This document shows, in pieces, positions 8,035 to 18,215 of a DNA stretch of 54,327 nt. The DNA lies in the IMG/VR virus record IMGVR_UViG_3300032246_002540, positions 1 through 54,327 of that record; one strand, given 5' to 3'. Numbering within the stretch: the first letter of the stretch is position 1; each line of letters begins with the position of its first letter. This DNA comes from a virus. Taxonomy: Duplodnaviria > Caudoviricetes. The notes below the pieces were generated by a model. That model was given only the letters and a program-made list of their open reading frames with translations. It made no database searches and was not told the origin of the DNA. The position numbers and the translations under genes are program-made.

Positions 8035-9503
8035 AATATGATATAATCTTATTCACAGATCTCAGCACAAGAGTTTGGCAAAACAAACCACTGGGATCGT
8101 ACAGATTAGCCTGTAGCCTGCGAGATGCAGGCTATTCTGTTAAAGTCATAGATTACTTCAGTAGCCTTTGCGAAGATAACACTACCTTTTTTAGTATATT
8201 AGACCTTTGTGTGGGTGACAACACCCTGTGGATAGGCTTCAGCAGTGTGTTTTATAGCAAAGCCAACAACATACAGATCACCGACTGGAAAGATTTTTAT
8301 AGTGCATCGCTGAATAAGTGGCCTTGTGATGATCGTAAAATAAAAGTAATATTGCGTGAAATTAAAAGTCGTTATCCTGCTGTCAAATTGGTGTATGGTG
8401 GTAAAAATTATCAATTGAAACAGGACACAGACCTGATCGATCATTATGTGCTGGGGCTAGCAGATGCCACAGCAGTGTCTCTCACTAAAAACATAAAAGG
8501 CGATCTACCCAGGATTTTAGATTATGATCCCAATGGTGCCAAATTTGATTTCCCCAACAGCGAGATGAAGTATCAAATACAGGATCATCTGTATCCTGGC
8601 GAAGTATTAGCGATGGAAACCAGTCGAGGTTGCCTGTTCAAATGCAGCTTTTGTAGCTATCCTCTCATCGGTAGGAAAAAATCCGACCCTGAATATCACA
8701 AACACACCCAGATAATCGCTAGGGAGTTTCTCAACAATAAACGATATGGTATCAGCAAATATATGTTTGTGGATGATACTTTTAATGAAACCACATCCAA
8801 GATAAGCAGCATCTTGGATGCTAAAAGAGCTGCTGACATAGATCTGGAGTTCAGTGCCTATCTCAGGGTGGATTTGCTTGCTAGATATCCAGAACAGATC
8901 AAATTGCTGCGTGATGCTGGTATTCGCAGTGCATTTGTAGGCATAGAAACACTGAACCTGGCCAGCGGCAAAGCCATTGGAAAAAACACCGATCCTGATC
9001 GTATTAAAGATACCTTGTATGAAATGAAGCACCAGTGGGGATCGGATGTGAGCATATTCGGCAGCTTCATATTGGGCCTGCCCTACGACACGCCAGATAA
9101 TATCCAATGGACAGAGTGGGTAATAGATAAAGATACGCCTTTGGACAGCTTCGTATTCAACGTGTTGGGAATAGAAAATCAAAATGGCAGCAGCGATATA
9201 GGCCGCAATCCTGAAAAATATGGTTATACATTCGACGACAAGAACAACTGGATAAGTCGAGGTTGGCAACAGACAGACGCAGAGCAGGTACAAGAACAGT
9301 TGATGTCGGAAAGCTGGCACAGCGGCAGATTAAAGTTAGCCGGCTGGGATTATATGGGCTTGCACAATATGGGTTATTCTCACGAAGAATTAATAAACAA
9401 ATCCATAAAAGACCTGGACTTTGCAGAAATCCGTGCTAAAAAACAAAAATTATATAGCAATTATATCCAGACTTTGTTACAGTATGAAAAAGGTTTAGTA
9501 TGA
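8031..9503 (+). CDS. radical SAM protein with a B12-binding-like N-domain
   Basis: [13 protein letters not shown] (CxxxCxxC), [22 protein letters not shown]. Confidence 0.85.
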   Translation: MKYDIILFTDLSTRVWQNKPLGSYRLACSLRDAGYSVKVIDYFSSLCEDNTTFFSILDLCVGDNTLWIGFSSVFYSKANNIQITDWKDFYSASLNKWPCDDRKIKVILREIKSRYPAVKLVYGGKNYQLKQDTDLIDHYVLGLADATAVSLTKNIKGDLPRILDYDPNGAKFDFPNSEMKYQIQDHLYPGEVLAMETSRGCLFKCSFCSYPLIGRKKSDPEYHKHTQIIAREFLNNKRYGISKYMFVDDTFNETTSKISSILDAKRAADIDLEFSAYLRVDLLARYPEQIKLLRDAGIRSAFVGIETLNLASGKAIGKNTDPDRIKDTLYEMKHQWGSDVSIFGSFILGLPYDTPDNIQWTEWVIDKDTPLDSFVFNVLGIENQNGSSDIGRNPEKYGYTFDDKNNWISRGWQQTDAEQVQEQLMSESWHSGRLKLAGWDYMGLHNMGYSHEELINKSIKDLDFAEIRAKKQKLYSNYIQTLLQYEKGLV

Positions 9504-9826
9504 CACAGGAACAAAAACAATTGATCCAAGAATTACAAATCATGATGGGTTTTGATAAGATAGGTGGCGAAACATGGGTGTTGGAAAGTCCTGATGGTGG
9601 CAAGACAGTGACCAAACGTAAGCCTGGTACCACTTCAGAAAAATTCATGTTGGAAAACATCAGCGGTCGTTGGCATAGTATGGATGAACTAAGAGTGCAG
9701 GCCAGACGAAATGACAGAGAGCAGGACCTGCGCCAGCAATTTCCTGCTTTGCAAGAGGCGTATGATGTCTATCAGAGCCTGTTACTACTGGCAGATCCTA
9801 ATATCGACAACAAACAAGAAAAGTGA
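9500..9826 (+). CDS. hypothetical protein
   Basis: ESPDGGKTV motif and C-terminal FPALQEAYDVY module shared with 43447..43890. Confidence 0.65.
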   Translation: MTQEQKQLIQELQIMMGFDKIGGETWVLESPDGGKTVTKRKPGTTSEKFMLENISGRWHSMDELRVQARRNDREQDLRQQFPALQEAYDVYQSLLLLADPNIDNKQEK

Positions 9827-9832
9827 TATAAT
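9804..9832 (+). promoter_or_regulatory. sigma70-type promoter predicted to give a leaderless mRNA
   Basis: TCGACA, 17 nt spacer, TGA-TATAAT; -10 ends 6 nt before ATG 9839 with no SD. Confidence 0.5.
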
Positions 9833-9838
9833 TACCAT

Positions 9839-10402
9839 ATGCAACTCATTTATGAAAATTTGACAGAAAATCTCACAGATAATCCGCAAATGTTGGCGCT
9901 GTACAAATACTGTGCCAAGAGCGATCATGTCACCATCGTGGGATTCGGAACAGGTCTCAGCACTTTGACAGCTATGGCCACCAAACCCAAGAAAGTAACC
10001 ATCTACGATCATATCTTGTATGACATCAGTGATTACCAGGAAATCGCCGATAGTGAAGGTATCCAACTGGAATACCATAATGTGCAATGCCTGGATGGCA
10101 TCCAGCCTTGTGATCTGTTCTATATCGATAGCTTTGCAGAAGGCAATTATGTGTACAGTGCCTGCTTGCGTAATCACGAAGTAGTAAGTCGTTATATTTT
10201 GGTCAATAACACTGTTAAATTCGCACACAATCCCGATCCGACGGTTAATTTGGGCAACCAACAACAGGGGGTGGGAGTGATCTTCGGCATCAACGGATTC
10301 ATTACCAACAATGACTCCTGGCACATCGCGGAAAACTATTATTGGGACCCAGGAATGACAGTGCTTTACAAGCGTAGGAATTTGACAGACAATGGTAGAT
10401 GA
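9839..10402 (+). CDS. degenerate class I SAM-dependent methyltransferase-like protein
   Basis: VGFGTGLST (motif I-like), DLFYIDS, terminal GMTVLY. Confidence 0.5.
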   Translation: MQLIYENLTENLTDNPQMLALYKYCAKSDHVTIVGFGTGLSTLTAMATKPKKVTIYDHILYDISDYQEIADSEGIQLEYHNVQCLDGIQPCDLFYIDSFAEGNYVYSACLRNHEVVSRYILVNNTVKFAHNPDPTVNLGNQQQGVGVIFGINGFITNNDSWHIAENYYWDPGMTVLYKRRNLTDNGR

Positions 10403-10754
10403 TCTGGAATTATTAATGAAACTGGACCGATTGATCACAAGCGACGACCCAACGGTAATGGATGCACTAAAGTCGGCCCTGGTCTTGGTGGAAGTCGCTG
10501 ATGAAGTCAAAGACAACGATGGCCCTTTCATGCGTATGTACAGCAAGATAGCTGATTTGCAATATCAGATAGATTTTCTTAATGGCAAGATAGCTGGTAT
10601 GAGTGAAAGCAATCCCTATCAGAACGTGACCTGGACCAATACCAACACTACTGCTGGGGGTCCTTATTGGAACGATCCTACTAGAAACTATCCTCCTGGA
10701 TATGTTTGGAATCCGTTGTTGGGAAAAGTCACCAGCGCAGATGGCACTAAATAA
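10392..10754 (+). CDS. hypothetical protein
   Basis: ORF overlapping the upstream gene in operon arrangement. Confidence 0.6.
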   Translation: MVDDLELLMKLDRLITSDDPTVMDALKSALVLVEVADEVKDNDGPFMRMYSKIADLQYQIDFLNGKIAGMSESNPYQNVTWTNTNTTAGGPYWNDPTRNYPPGYVWNPLLGKVTSADGTK

Positions 10755-10760
10755 CTGCTC

Positions 10761-10976
10761 ATGGCAAAAGAAGATCTGGTAAGAATGGACGGACAAGTAG
10801 TTGAAGTACTACCTGGTGGTATGTTCAAAGTAAATATTAATGAACACATATTGTTGGCTTATACCAGTGGCAATATGAAAAAAAACAAAATAAAAATAAT
10901 TCAAGATGACAGAGTGAGTGTGGAAATGAGCCCATACGATCTGGATCGTGGTAGGATAGTGTTTAGGTATAGATGA
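10761..10976 (+). CDS. infA: translation initiation factor IF-1
   Basis: MAKEDLVRMDGQVVEVLPGGMFKV...SGNMKKNKIKII..DRVSVEMSPYDLDRGRIVFRY. Confidence 0.95.
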   Translation: MAKEDLVRMDGQVVEVLPGGMFKVNINEHILLAYTSGNMKKNKIKIIQDDRVSVEMSPYDLDRGRIVFRYR

Positions 10977-11326
10977 TGACACAAGCAGTAACATTGACCG
11001 AAGCAGCACGTAGCCATATCCGCCGTGTGTTGAAAGATATGGACAAGCCCTACCTGGTTTTTGGACTCAAGGGCGGCGGGTGTGCAGGATTCGAGTATTT
11101 CTGGGAACCTGCAGATGAAGAATTGTATGCACGGAACGGTGATCCTAAACTGGACGAATTCATCGATCTGGGCGATGACAAGCAACTGGTAGTGGACCAT
11201 ACGGGCCTGGTATATCTGCTGGGTAGCGAGATCGATTACAAGACTGACTTTGTCAGCAGCCAATTGGTGGTCAATAACCCCATGGCCAAGTCTTCTTGCG
11301 GGTGTGGCACCAGTATAGCTGTGTAA
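10973..11326 (+). CDS. IscA/SufA/HesB-family Fe-S cluster carrier
   Basis: GGGCAGFEY, GSEIDY and NPMAKSSCGCGTS. Confidence 0.93.
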   Translation: MMTQAVTLTEAARSHIRRVLKDMDKPYLVFGLKGGGCAGFEYFWEPADEELYARNGDPKLDEFIDLGDDKQLVVDHTGLVYLLGSEIDYKTDFVSSQLVVNNPMAKSSCGCGTSIAV

Positions 11327-11332
11327 CTATTG

Positions 11333-11359
11333 CTCCAGCAGATAAATAATCTGCGGGAG
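11333..11359 (+). promoter_or_regulatory. late promoter inside an SD-sequestering hairpin
   Basis: CTCC-A-GCAGAT-AAATA-ATCTGC-G-GGAG; TAAATA at 11343-11348, SD GGAG forms the 3' stem. Confidence 0.65.
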
Positions 11360-11366
11360 ATTTTTA

Positions 11367-13013
11367 ATGGTACAGGCGAATATTAACATTGGTACAGCAC
11401 CTAATGACAGCACAGGTGATCCTTTAAGAACGGCATTTGCCAAGATCAATGCCAATTTTACAGATTTATACGGCAATTTGAACACTGGTGTTGTGCAACT
11501 CGTGGGCAACAGTGTGATCACTGTCAGTACCAATACCAATTTGAATCTGGTTCCCAACGGCACAGGCGACGTGGTAGTAGGCGCTAGCAACCAATTACTA
11601 GTGGTAAATCCCCAGACAACAAGCAGCCCCAGCACTGGTGCATTAGTGGTCACTGGCGGCGCAGGTTTTGGCAGCAACGTAAACATAGCCAGTTATGTCA
11701 ACAGCCAAGGAGCCAGCCTGGGCTTTTTGGAAAATACTGTAATAGGTGGCAATGTCAGAGCAGCTGGTACATTCAGCCAGCTTAATGCCAGCAATTTCAC
11801 CAGCACGAATTACACCAACACCAATATCCTATCGGCAACTTATGCCAGTATCGGCATCCTGATCAGCAACAATGCCACACTGGACAGCCCCACCATCACC
11901 AATGCTGCCATCAGCCTGGGCAGCTTGACAGTTCCCAGCATCAATGCCACTCCCATCGGTAATGCCAATCCCAGCAGCGGCGCTTTCAGTACATTGCTGG
12001 CAGGTACACAAGCCAACCTATTGGCAGGCACACCGCTGGCAGGCAATATCGTATATGTGGTAGGCAATGCCAACAGCTACAGCCAGATCAGCATCCAGAA
12101 TCTCAGCAGCAGCAGTTATGCCAGCAGTGACTTCATCGTCACAGCAGACAACGGCACAGACAGCACAAACTATATGGATCTGGGCTTGAACAACAGCGGT
12201 TACAACAATCCTGCCTACAACATCACTTATGCAGGCGATGGGTATCTGTACACCAGCAACGGAAACATCGCCATCGGTACTGCATTTAGCACAGCAAACG
12301 TGGTGTTCCACGCTGGTGGTACCACACAAGCAAACAAGATGTTCGCAGTCAATGCCAACGGCAGTGTCATTGCATACGCTCCATTCTATGCAGCAACACA
12401 CGCAGGCAATGTGACATTCACTGGCAACATCATCGCCAGCAACTACACCATCACAGGTAATATTTCAGGGTCGGCAGCAAGTGCCACCACCGCTACTGTG
12501 GCCACAAGTGCCAGCACAGCCAGTTTAGCCACCAATGCCACCAACGTCGTTGGCGCGACACAGAGCAATATCACTGCGGTGGGAACACTGACAGGATTGA
12601 CCATCAACGGCAACTTGACTGTTCTAGGCAGTGGTAACCTGTTCACCCTATATGGAAACGCAGCACTGGGTGGCAACACCAACATCAGTGGCGGCATTCA
12701 GTACAGCAACTATGTGGTGAACTTGAGCGTGAGTACCACACAGACCCTGGCAGCAAACGTGCCGGTTTGGGTTGTGGACAGCACAGCAGGTGCAACTATT
12801 GCCAGTGCCACTCTCACATTCCCAGCCAATGCAAGTGTCATAGATGGTAGCCAAGTGCAACTTGTCAGCAACATCACTGTCACATCATTGACTTGCACAG
12901 CTGGTTCAGGTACAACTATCAATGGTGCTCCCACAACATTAAGCAACACCACACCATATACATTCTATCTGTGGAAAGGTGCGCCTGGTGGAGCACGTTG
13001 GTTGAGAGCATAA
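11367..13013 (+). CDS. tail fibre/baseplate-attached structural protein
   Basis: N-terminal INIGTAPNDSTGDPLRTAFAKINANFTDLY (T4 gp9/gp10-like start); G/N/S/T/A-rich beta-type body. Confidence 0.75.
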   Translation: MVQANINIGTAPNDSTGDPLRTAFAKINANFTDLYGNLNTGVVQLVGNSVITVSTNTNLNLVPNGTGDVVVGASNQLLVVNPQTTSSPSTGALVVTGGAGFGSNVNIASYVNSQGASLGFLENTVIGGNVRAAGTFSQLNASNFTSTNYTNTNILSATYASIGILISNNATLDSPTITNAAISLGSLTVPSINATPIGNANPSSGAFSTLLAGTQANLLAGTPLAGNIVYVVGNANSYSQISIQNLSSSSYASSDFIVTADNGTDSTNYMDLGLNNSGYNNPAYNITYAGDGYLYTSNGNIAIGTAFSTANVVFHAGGTTQANKMFAVNANGSVIAYAPFYAATHAGNVTFTGNIIASNYTITGNISGSAASATTATVATSASTASLATNATNVVGATQSNITAVGTLTGLTINGNLTVLGSGNLFTLYGNAALGGNTNISGGIQYSNYVVNLSVSTTQTLAANVPVWVVDSTAGATIASATLTFPANASVIDGSQVQLVSNITVTSLTCTAGSGTTINGAPTTLSNTTPYTFYLWKGAPGGARWLRA

Positions 13014-13036
13014 CCTGCAATAAATACCAGCAGGAG
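13014..13036 (+). promoter_or_regulatory. late promoter in a hairpin overlapping the SD
   Basis: CCTGC-AATAAATACCA-GCAGG(AG); TAAATA at 13021-13026. Confidence 0.55.
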
Positions 13037-13045
13037 CAGATTTAG

Positions 13046-16000
13046 ATGGTAAGTTACAGCAGCAGTGCTACCAATGCACAACTCGGAGGTGAAAGACCTG
13101 ATCAGGCTGTAACTTGGAACATCAGCGAAACGACCATCAATCTTATCGCCCCTGGTTTACCTTATCACAGCTATGGCGGCGAGAATATAGTCAATGCCAC
13201 TCGTCAATACTACGATCTGACCTGGACAAATAATGGTGGCAAAAACATCTCCAGTTCCATAAGCATCCCCTTGCCTTTTGGCGCGATAGGATATGCTCTC
13301 AACGGCGTGGCCATACATAATCCCAAAGCTGGTCAAAAAGGTTATGACGGTAAAGTCAGTTCCTATTATCCAGAATGGAATTACAACAGCAGCACCCAAT
13401 CTGGAAAGACATTGGGTTATACATTCGGAGATGATCTAGCCGGCGGCCAGGTCACGCTCAATGGCCAATACCATTATAACGATTTCTCATTCAAAAGTTC
13501 CTGGCAGACTGGCGTGGGCCACAAGGCCGGCAGCACTATAACCACGGGCGTATCCGATGCCAGCATCGTTGGTTATCTTAACAACAGCCTGACCCACAGC
13601 GATGGCCACAGCAAGATACTGGGTTGGAGCATAGACGGTTATCCCATATATGGACCGTATGGATATAATCGTCCTTTGGATGCCACCAGCAGTGTTCGCA
13701 AGATGTTGTCCGGCTATGTTTTAAACAGCACCCGCATACCCATAGCAGACAAATTGCCTCCTGTGAGCATTTACCCGTTGGGCACATTCATAGAAGATTT
13801 CTCCTTCATAAACGTGGGCGATCTGGATATCCACAACGGCAGATATTGTGTCACACCTGATTTTCCCAACGGCACCTACGCCTATTTCCTGACAGTGAAT
13901 GCTCTAGATCAACCGGTATATCCTTATGTGATAGGCACCACATTCTATGGCACACCCAATCTCACAGCCAACACAGGCAACACTATCACTACCAGCGGCA
14001 GTTACCCTGTGTGGATTACCCCAGTGGGTGATCTGGGCAAGATACAGGCCCTGCAATTCGTAGAATTGGGATTATTAGCCATAGATCCACTGGGAGATCC
14101 CACTGGTGCTGACATAACTTTCGAAGTCATCGCAGGTAAGATGCCACCGGGCTTGCAACTGGATAGCAGCGGACAGGTCACCGGCAATCCCCAAGAAAAA
14201 TACAGCCTGGACGGGGTTCCTTTCGCTGTGAACCAAGATCGTGTCAGTAACTTCACTGTGCGATCGAAAAACAGGAGTGGCAAGATCACTGACAGGAATT
14301 TCAGTATCACTGTCACAGGCAACTATCCTCCTGAATTGTTGACTAGCAATTTCACACCGCTGGGATATTTCCTGGATGGTATAGAAGTCAATACCGATCC
14401 CGCCAACCTGAACTATCCTGCCCTGCAACTATCTGCCATCGATCTCAATTACGATGACACCATCGTCTTCAAGATAAGAGATGGAGCGTTGCCTCCTGGT
14501 CTGACACTGAGCGATACAGGACTGATCAGTGGTACAGTTATTCCCAATGTCAGTAATAATTTGAATCTGCTACCAGGCTGGGATGACAGCGGATGGCAGG
14601 CAGCTGGTTGGCAGTTCGTGACCCAGAGCGGTAATTTCATATACCAATTCACTGTGGAAATCACTGATGGCAAGACTACTACCAACAAAAATTATCAGAT
14701 AATCGTTTATGCCCACAATGACATCAGGGCAGATAACAATGCTATCCTTGCTGACAGCACCAAAGTAACAAGCGACACATTCGATAAAAGGCAGCCCATA
14801 CTGTTGACAAAAACAATGGGAGATCACAGTGTTTTCCGCAGCGGCAATTTCTTCACATTCAAATTCGATGGCATAGACTACGACAGTGTGCCAGTGAAAT
14901 ACAATATCGTGGGCGGTGCTGGTACTGGATGGGACAACGACGTTTTGGGTTGGGATGTGGGCGTGTTCGATGTGAGCGAATTCAGCTTGCCACCTGGTCT
15001 GACTTTGGACGCAAACACCGGCTGGTTGACAGGTCATGTGCCGGAATTTCCAGGCGCAGCATATGGTAGTTTGACCAGCTATAACTATGTGGCTTCAGGC
15101 GGTGATTATCAGTTGGATCCCATAACTGGCACCTACTACAGCGTGAGCCCTGGTACTGGTAACTACACCAGCGACACCAACAATTACAGCAAACAATACA
15201 CGTTCGGTATCCAAGTAGAAAACTTTTTCGATAACACCCTAGTGAGTCCCATTAGGCAGTTCTATATCACAATCCTGGGTGCCATCGATCTGCAGGTGAA
15301 TTGGGTAACCGGTACTGATTTGGGTCTGATAGACGCTGGCAGTGTCAGTCAATTGAAAATAGAAGCTACCGCTCCCAGCGGCCGAGAGTTATATTACAGC
15401 CTGAAATTGGGCAGTAAGATCCCCCAGGGCCTGGCACTGTTGAACGACGGTACCATCAGTGGCAGATGCAGTTTCCAGACTTTCAATCTCACAGATGTGG
15501 ATCAGTATGGCAACAGGGTGGTCACCACATTCGACCAGGATAACAAAGCCAAAGGCTATTATTCTGCTGGTACCACATTCGACCAAACATACAGCTTCAC
15601 TGTTATAGCACAGGACTACAGTGCTAAAGTGGTGGGCGAGAAAACTTTCAACCTGACAGTCAATGTCATAACTTATGAACCATACAACGATCTGTATATA
15701 CTGTGCAGGCCAGAATTGCCCAAACGCGAAATCATCAACCAGATCCTGGGCAACACCGATTACTTCCCCTTGGACGATGTATATCGCTATGGCGACCCTT
15801 GGTGGGGTGTCCAGAAGGATATAAAGTTACTCGTGGGTTACGGGTTGACCAGCAGCCAGAGCAGCAGTTATGTTAATGCTATGCAAAAGAGGCATTACAA
15901 TAAAAAACTGTATTTTGGAGATTTCCATTTAGCCCAGGCCAAGGACTATCTGGGCATTGTGCTGTACGAGGTCATCTATGTGGACATCTTGGAGGACACC

Positions 16001-17245
16001 AAGACCTATACTACCAAGAATGGCAGATTGTATAAAAACATACCACGCAGTGAATTCAATATGAATAACATAGTGAGCGACTGGAAGAATCCACACGCTC
16101 AAAGTTTGAGTTTGAATCAATTATATGCAGACATCAGCACCATCACTGCGGATGTGCTGTATATCAAAACCAATGACACCTGGGGTCCTATAATCCCGCT
16201 GAATGAAATATATCCAAATGATCTGGATTTGATGTTGAGCGATATAGTGATAGCTATCGGCAACGTCAATACCAACACGTTGCCACAGTGGCAAACCAGT
16301 GTGCAGAGCGATGGGAAAATATTGGGCTTTCAAACCAGTGCTGTGCTGGCATATATGAAACCAGGCACTGGCGCACGTTCATTGTTCAACCTCAAGAAAA
16401 AAATACCCTACGACATCAAGGATATTCCCTTCGATGTTGATAGATATGTGTTGGACAACAACCAGGATGCCAACTTCGATCTGGTGAACCGCAAATGGTA
16501 TACCAAGGAATATACCACGTTCGATGTCAGTGCAAAGCCACCCATCGCACCCAGTGAAACAGTGGATTTTGCAGTGGATACTCCCTTCAGTATCATCGAC
16601 GGCAGCACCATTTTACCACTGGGCCAACTGGAAGGTTGGGACAACAACGGTTGGGATTATGGGGACACCAGCAATAATGGCTGGGATGGTGTTAACATCA
16701 GCAGCGCAGAATATTTCGCCAATCTGAATCTGGTGAGAATAAATGAGATCGGTGGTCTGGATGGTACCATCACTGATTATGATAATAAGACCATAGTGTT
16801 CAGCACACAAGAAAACTTTCCCAGTTACTTGGGTCTGCCACAGGATGGCTGGATACAAGACAACAGCACCATACCTGGTTACACAGAAAAACAAAATGGC
16901 ACTAGCACGATAAATTATCGCGGCGGTGTATGGCGAATCAATGTAGTGAACAACTTCTTGAGATTGACATTTGTCAAAGAAATAAACGTTAACCAAGTGG
17001 TTAGTGTGAGATTCGGCACCAAAGGCGGCAAAAATTACCAGTACAGCGGCACCCACATAGGTTTGGTTGCCCAAACTGTGCCAAAATATGAGTATCTGCC
17101 CGTTTCCTACATAACTATAGGACAAGCAACAACTTTTGATAGATCGAGTACACTGTTCATCAATAACGAAGATCAGTATACCACACCGATGACAAACGAT
17201 AAATATCTAAAGTTCCCAAAGATTGGAGTATTTAATAATGTCTAA
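13046..17245 (+). CDS. large virion/baseplate protein with an N-terminal YHYH domain and Ig-like repeats
   Basis: GQYHY, HSKILGWSIDGYPIYGPYG, DLDIHNGR..TPDFPNGTYAYF; four GxLPPGLxL..GxISG-like repeats; GWD and TTFD repeats. Confidence 0.7.
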   Translation: MVSYSSSATNAQLGGERPDQAVTWNISETTINLIAPGLPYHSYGGENIVNATRQYYDLTWTNNGGKNISSSISIPLPFGAIGYALNGVAIHNPKAGQKGYDGKVSSYYPEWNYNSSTQSGKTLGYTFGDDLAGGQVTLNGQYHYNDFSFKSSWQTGVGHKAGSTITTGVSDASIVGYLNNSLTHSDGHSKILGWSIDGYPIYGPYGYNRPLDATSSVRKMLSGYVLNSTRIPIADKLPPVSIYPLGTFIEDFSFINVGDLDIHNGRYCVTPDFPNGTYAYFLTVNALDQPVYPYVIGTTFYGTPNLTANTGNTITTSGSYPVWITPVGDLGKIQALQFVELGLLAIDPLGDPTGADITFEVIAGKMPPGLQLDSSGQVTGNPQEKYSLDGVPFAVNQDRVSNFTVRSKNRSGKITDRNFSITVTGNYPPELLTSNFTPLGYFLDGIEVNTDPANLNYPALQLSAIDLNYDDTIVFKIRDGALPPGLTLSDTGLISGTVIPNVSNNLNLLPGWDDSGWQAAGWQFVTQSGNFIYQFTVEITDGKTTTNKNYQIIVYAHNDIRADNNAILADSTKVTSDTFDKRQPILLTKTMGDHSVFRSGNFFTFKFDGIDYDSVPVKYNIVGGAGTGWDNDVLGWDVGVFDVSEFSLPPGLTLDANTGWLTGHVPEFPGAAYGSLTSYNYVASGGDYQLDPITGTYYSVSPGTGNYTSDTNNYSKQYTFGIQVENFFDNTLVSPIRQFYITILGAIDLQVNWVTGTDLGLIDAGSVSQLKIEATAPSGRELYYSLKLGSKIPQGLALLNDGTISGRCSFQTFNLTDVDQYGNRVVTTFDQDNKAKGYYSAGTTFDQTYSFTVIAQDYSAKVVGEKTFNLTVNVITYEPYNDLYILCRPELPKREIINQILGNTDYFPLDDVYRYGDPWWGVQKDIKLLVGYGLTSSQSSSYVNAMQKRHYNKKLYFGDFHLAQAKDYLGIVLYEVIYVDILEDTKTYTTKNGRLYKNIPRSEFNMNNIVSDWKNPHAQSLSLNQLYADISTITADVLYIKTNDTWGPIIPLNEIYPNDLDLMLSDIVIAIGNVNTNTLPQWQTSVQSDGKILGFQTSAVLAYMKPGTGARSLFNLKKKIPYDIKDIPFDVDRYVLDNNQDANFDLVNRKWYTKEYTTFDVSAKPPIAPSETVDFAVDTPFSIIDGSTILPLGQLEGWDNNGWDYGDTSNNGWDGVNISSAEYFANLNLVRINEIGGLDGTITDYDNKTIVFSTQENFPSYLGLPQDGWIQDNSTIPGYTEKQNGTSTINYRGGVWRINVVNNFLRLTFVKEINVNQVVSVRFGTKGGKNYQYSGTHIGLVAQTVPKYEYLPVSYITIGQATTFDRSSTLFINNEDQYTTPMTNDKYLKFPKIGVFNNV

Positions 17246-18164
17246 TATCAACCCTAATAACATCAACGGTGCCTATCCGGTAGCAGGCGTTGATAACGAT
17301 AGCCAGGGCTTTAGAGACAATTTCACTAACATCAAGAATAACTTTACCTATGCTCAGGCCGAAATCAACGACCTGCAGAGCAAAGCTATCTTGAAAAGTG
17401 CATTGACTGGATCTACCCTGGATAACAACATGACAGGTGCTGTGCTCAGCAGCGCATCTATCAGAGATTTCCGTGAAATCCGCCAAGATAATGGTATCGT
17501 GGCCACTACAGTCACACTGGACCACAGCGTGGCGCACTATCAGACCGTGCAGACCAACGGCAGTGTCACACTGGCTTTCAGTAATCTGCCCACAGCTGGT
17601 TATATCGGCCGTATCCGTTTGAAACTGGTGGTAACAAACAGCAGCCACCGTTTGATCCTGCCCACGTTGAGTAACAGCAGTTACACCAGTAATGGTTGGG
17701 TAGGTACTCCTTATATCCTGGAATATGACAGCAGCACCAACAGCATCGGATTCACCCAAGCTGGAACAGGCACATACCATTTCGAATTCATCACCGATGA
17801 TGGTGGCAATACATTCATGATCCGTGATCTGACCCGCAATGGTCTGGCCAGCGATTACAAATATGCCAACATCAGTGCCAACAATTATAGCACGACAGTA
17901 CAAAATAAACTAATCCTGGATACCACTTTAGCTGGTTTAAGTAATATCTATGTTTACTTGCCCAACGTCCCAGTGGATGGACAGTTTGTCAGTATCAGTA
18001 CTATGCAGACAATCTACAGCAACCTGTATTTGATAGCCAACAGTTCAGCTGGTACTGTCATCCGCGGTAACGTCACTAGTTTGAACGGTAACAGCCACTT
18101 GGGTTACACCTACATTGGTAACAGCACTGCCACTGTCAACAAGTGGTTCCGTACCCAAGATTGA
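17238..18164 (+). CDS. virion structural/fibre-like protein
   Basis: YPVAGVDNDSQGFRDNFTNIKNNF N-terminus; TAAATA at 17200-17205 and GGAG SD; C-terminal module similar to 11367..13013. Confidence 0.65.
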   Translation: MSNINPNNINGAYPVAGVDNDSQGFRDNFTNIKNNFTYAQAEINDLQSKAILKSALTGSTLDNNMTGAVLSSASIRDFREIRQDNGIVATTVTLDHSVAHYQTVQTNGSVTLAFSNLPTAGYIGRIRLKLVVTNSSHRLILPTLSNSSYTSNGWVGTPYILEYDSSTNSIGFTQAGTGTYHFEFITDDGGNTFMIRDLTRNGLASDYKYANISANNYSTTVQNKLILDTTLAGLSNIYVYLPNVPVDGQFVSISTMQTIYSNLYLIANSSAGTVIRGNVTSLNGNSHLGYTYIGNSTATVNKWFRTQD

Positions 18165-18168
18165 TTTA

Positions 18169-18197
18169 TTGACTCCTGGTACTTTTATTGTTATATT
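18169..18197 (+). promoter_or_regulatory. sigma70-type promoter with extended -10
   Basis: TTGACT, 17 nt spacer, TGT-TATATT; AGGAG SD follows. Confidence 0.7.
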
Positions 18198-18215
18198 GGT
18201 ATCAGGAGTATTTTT

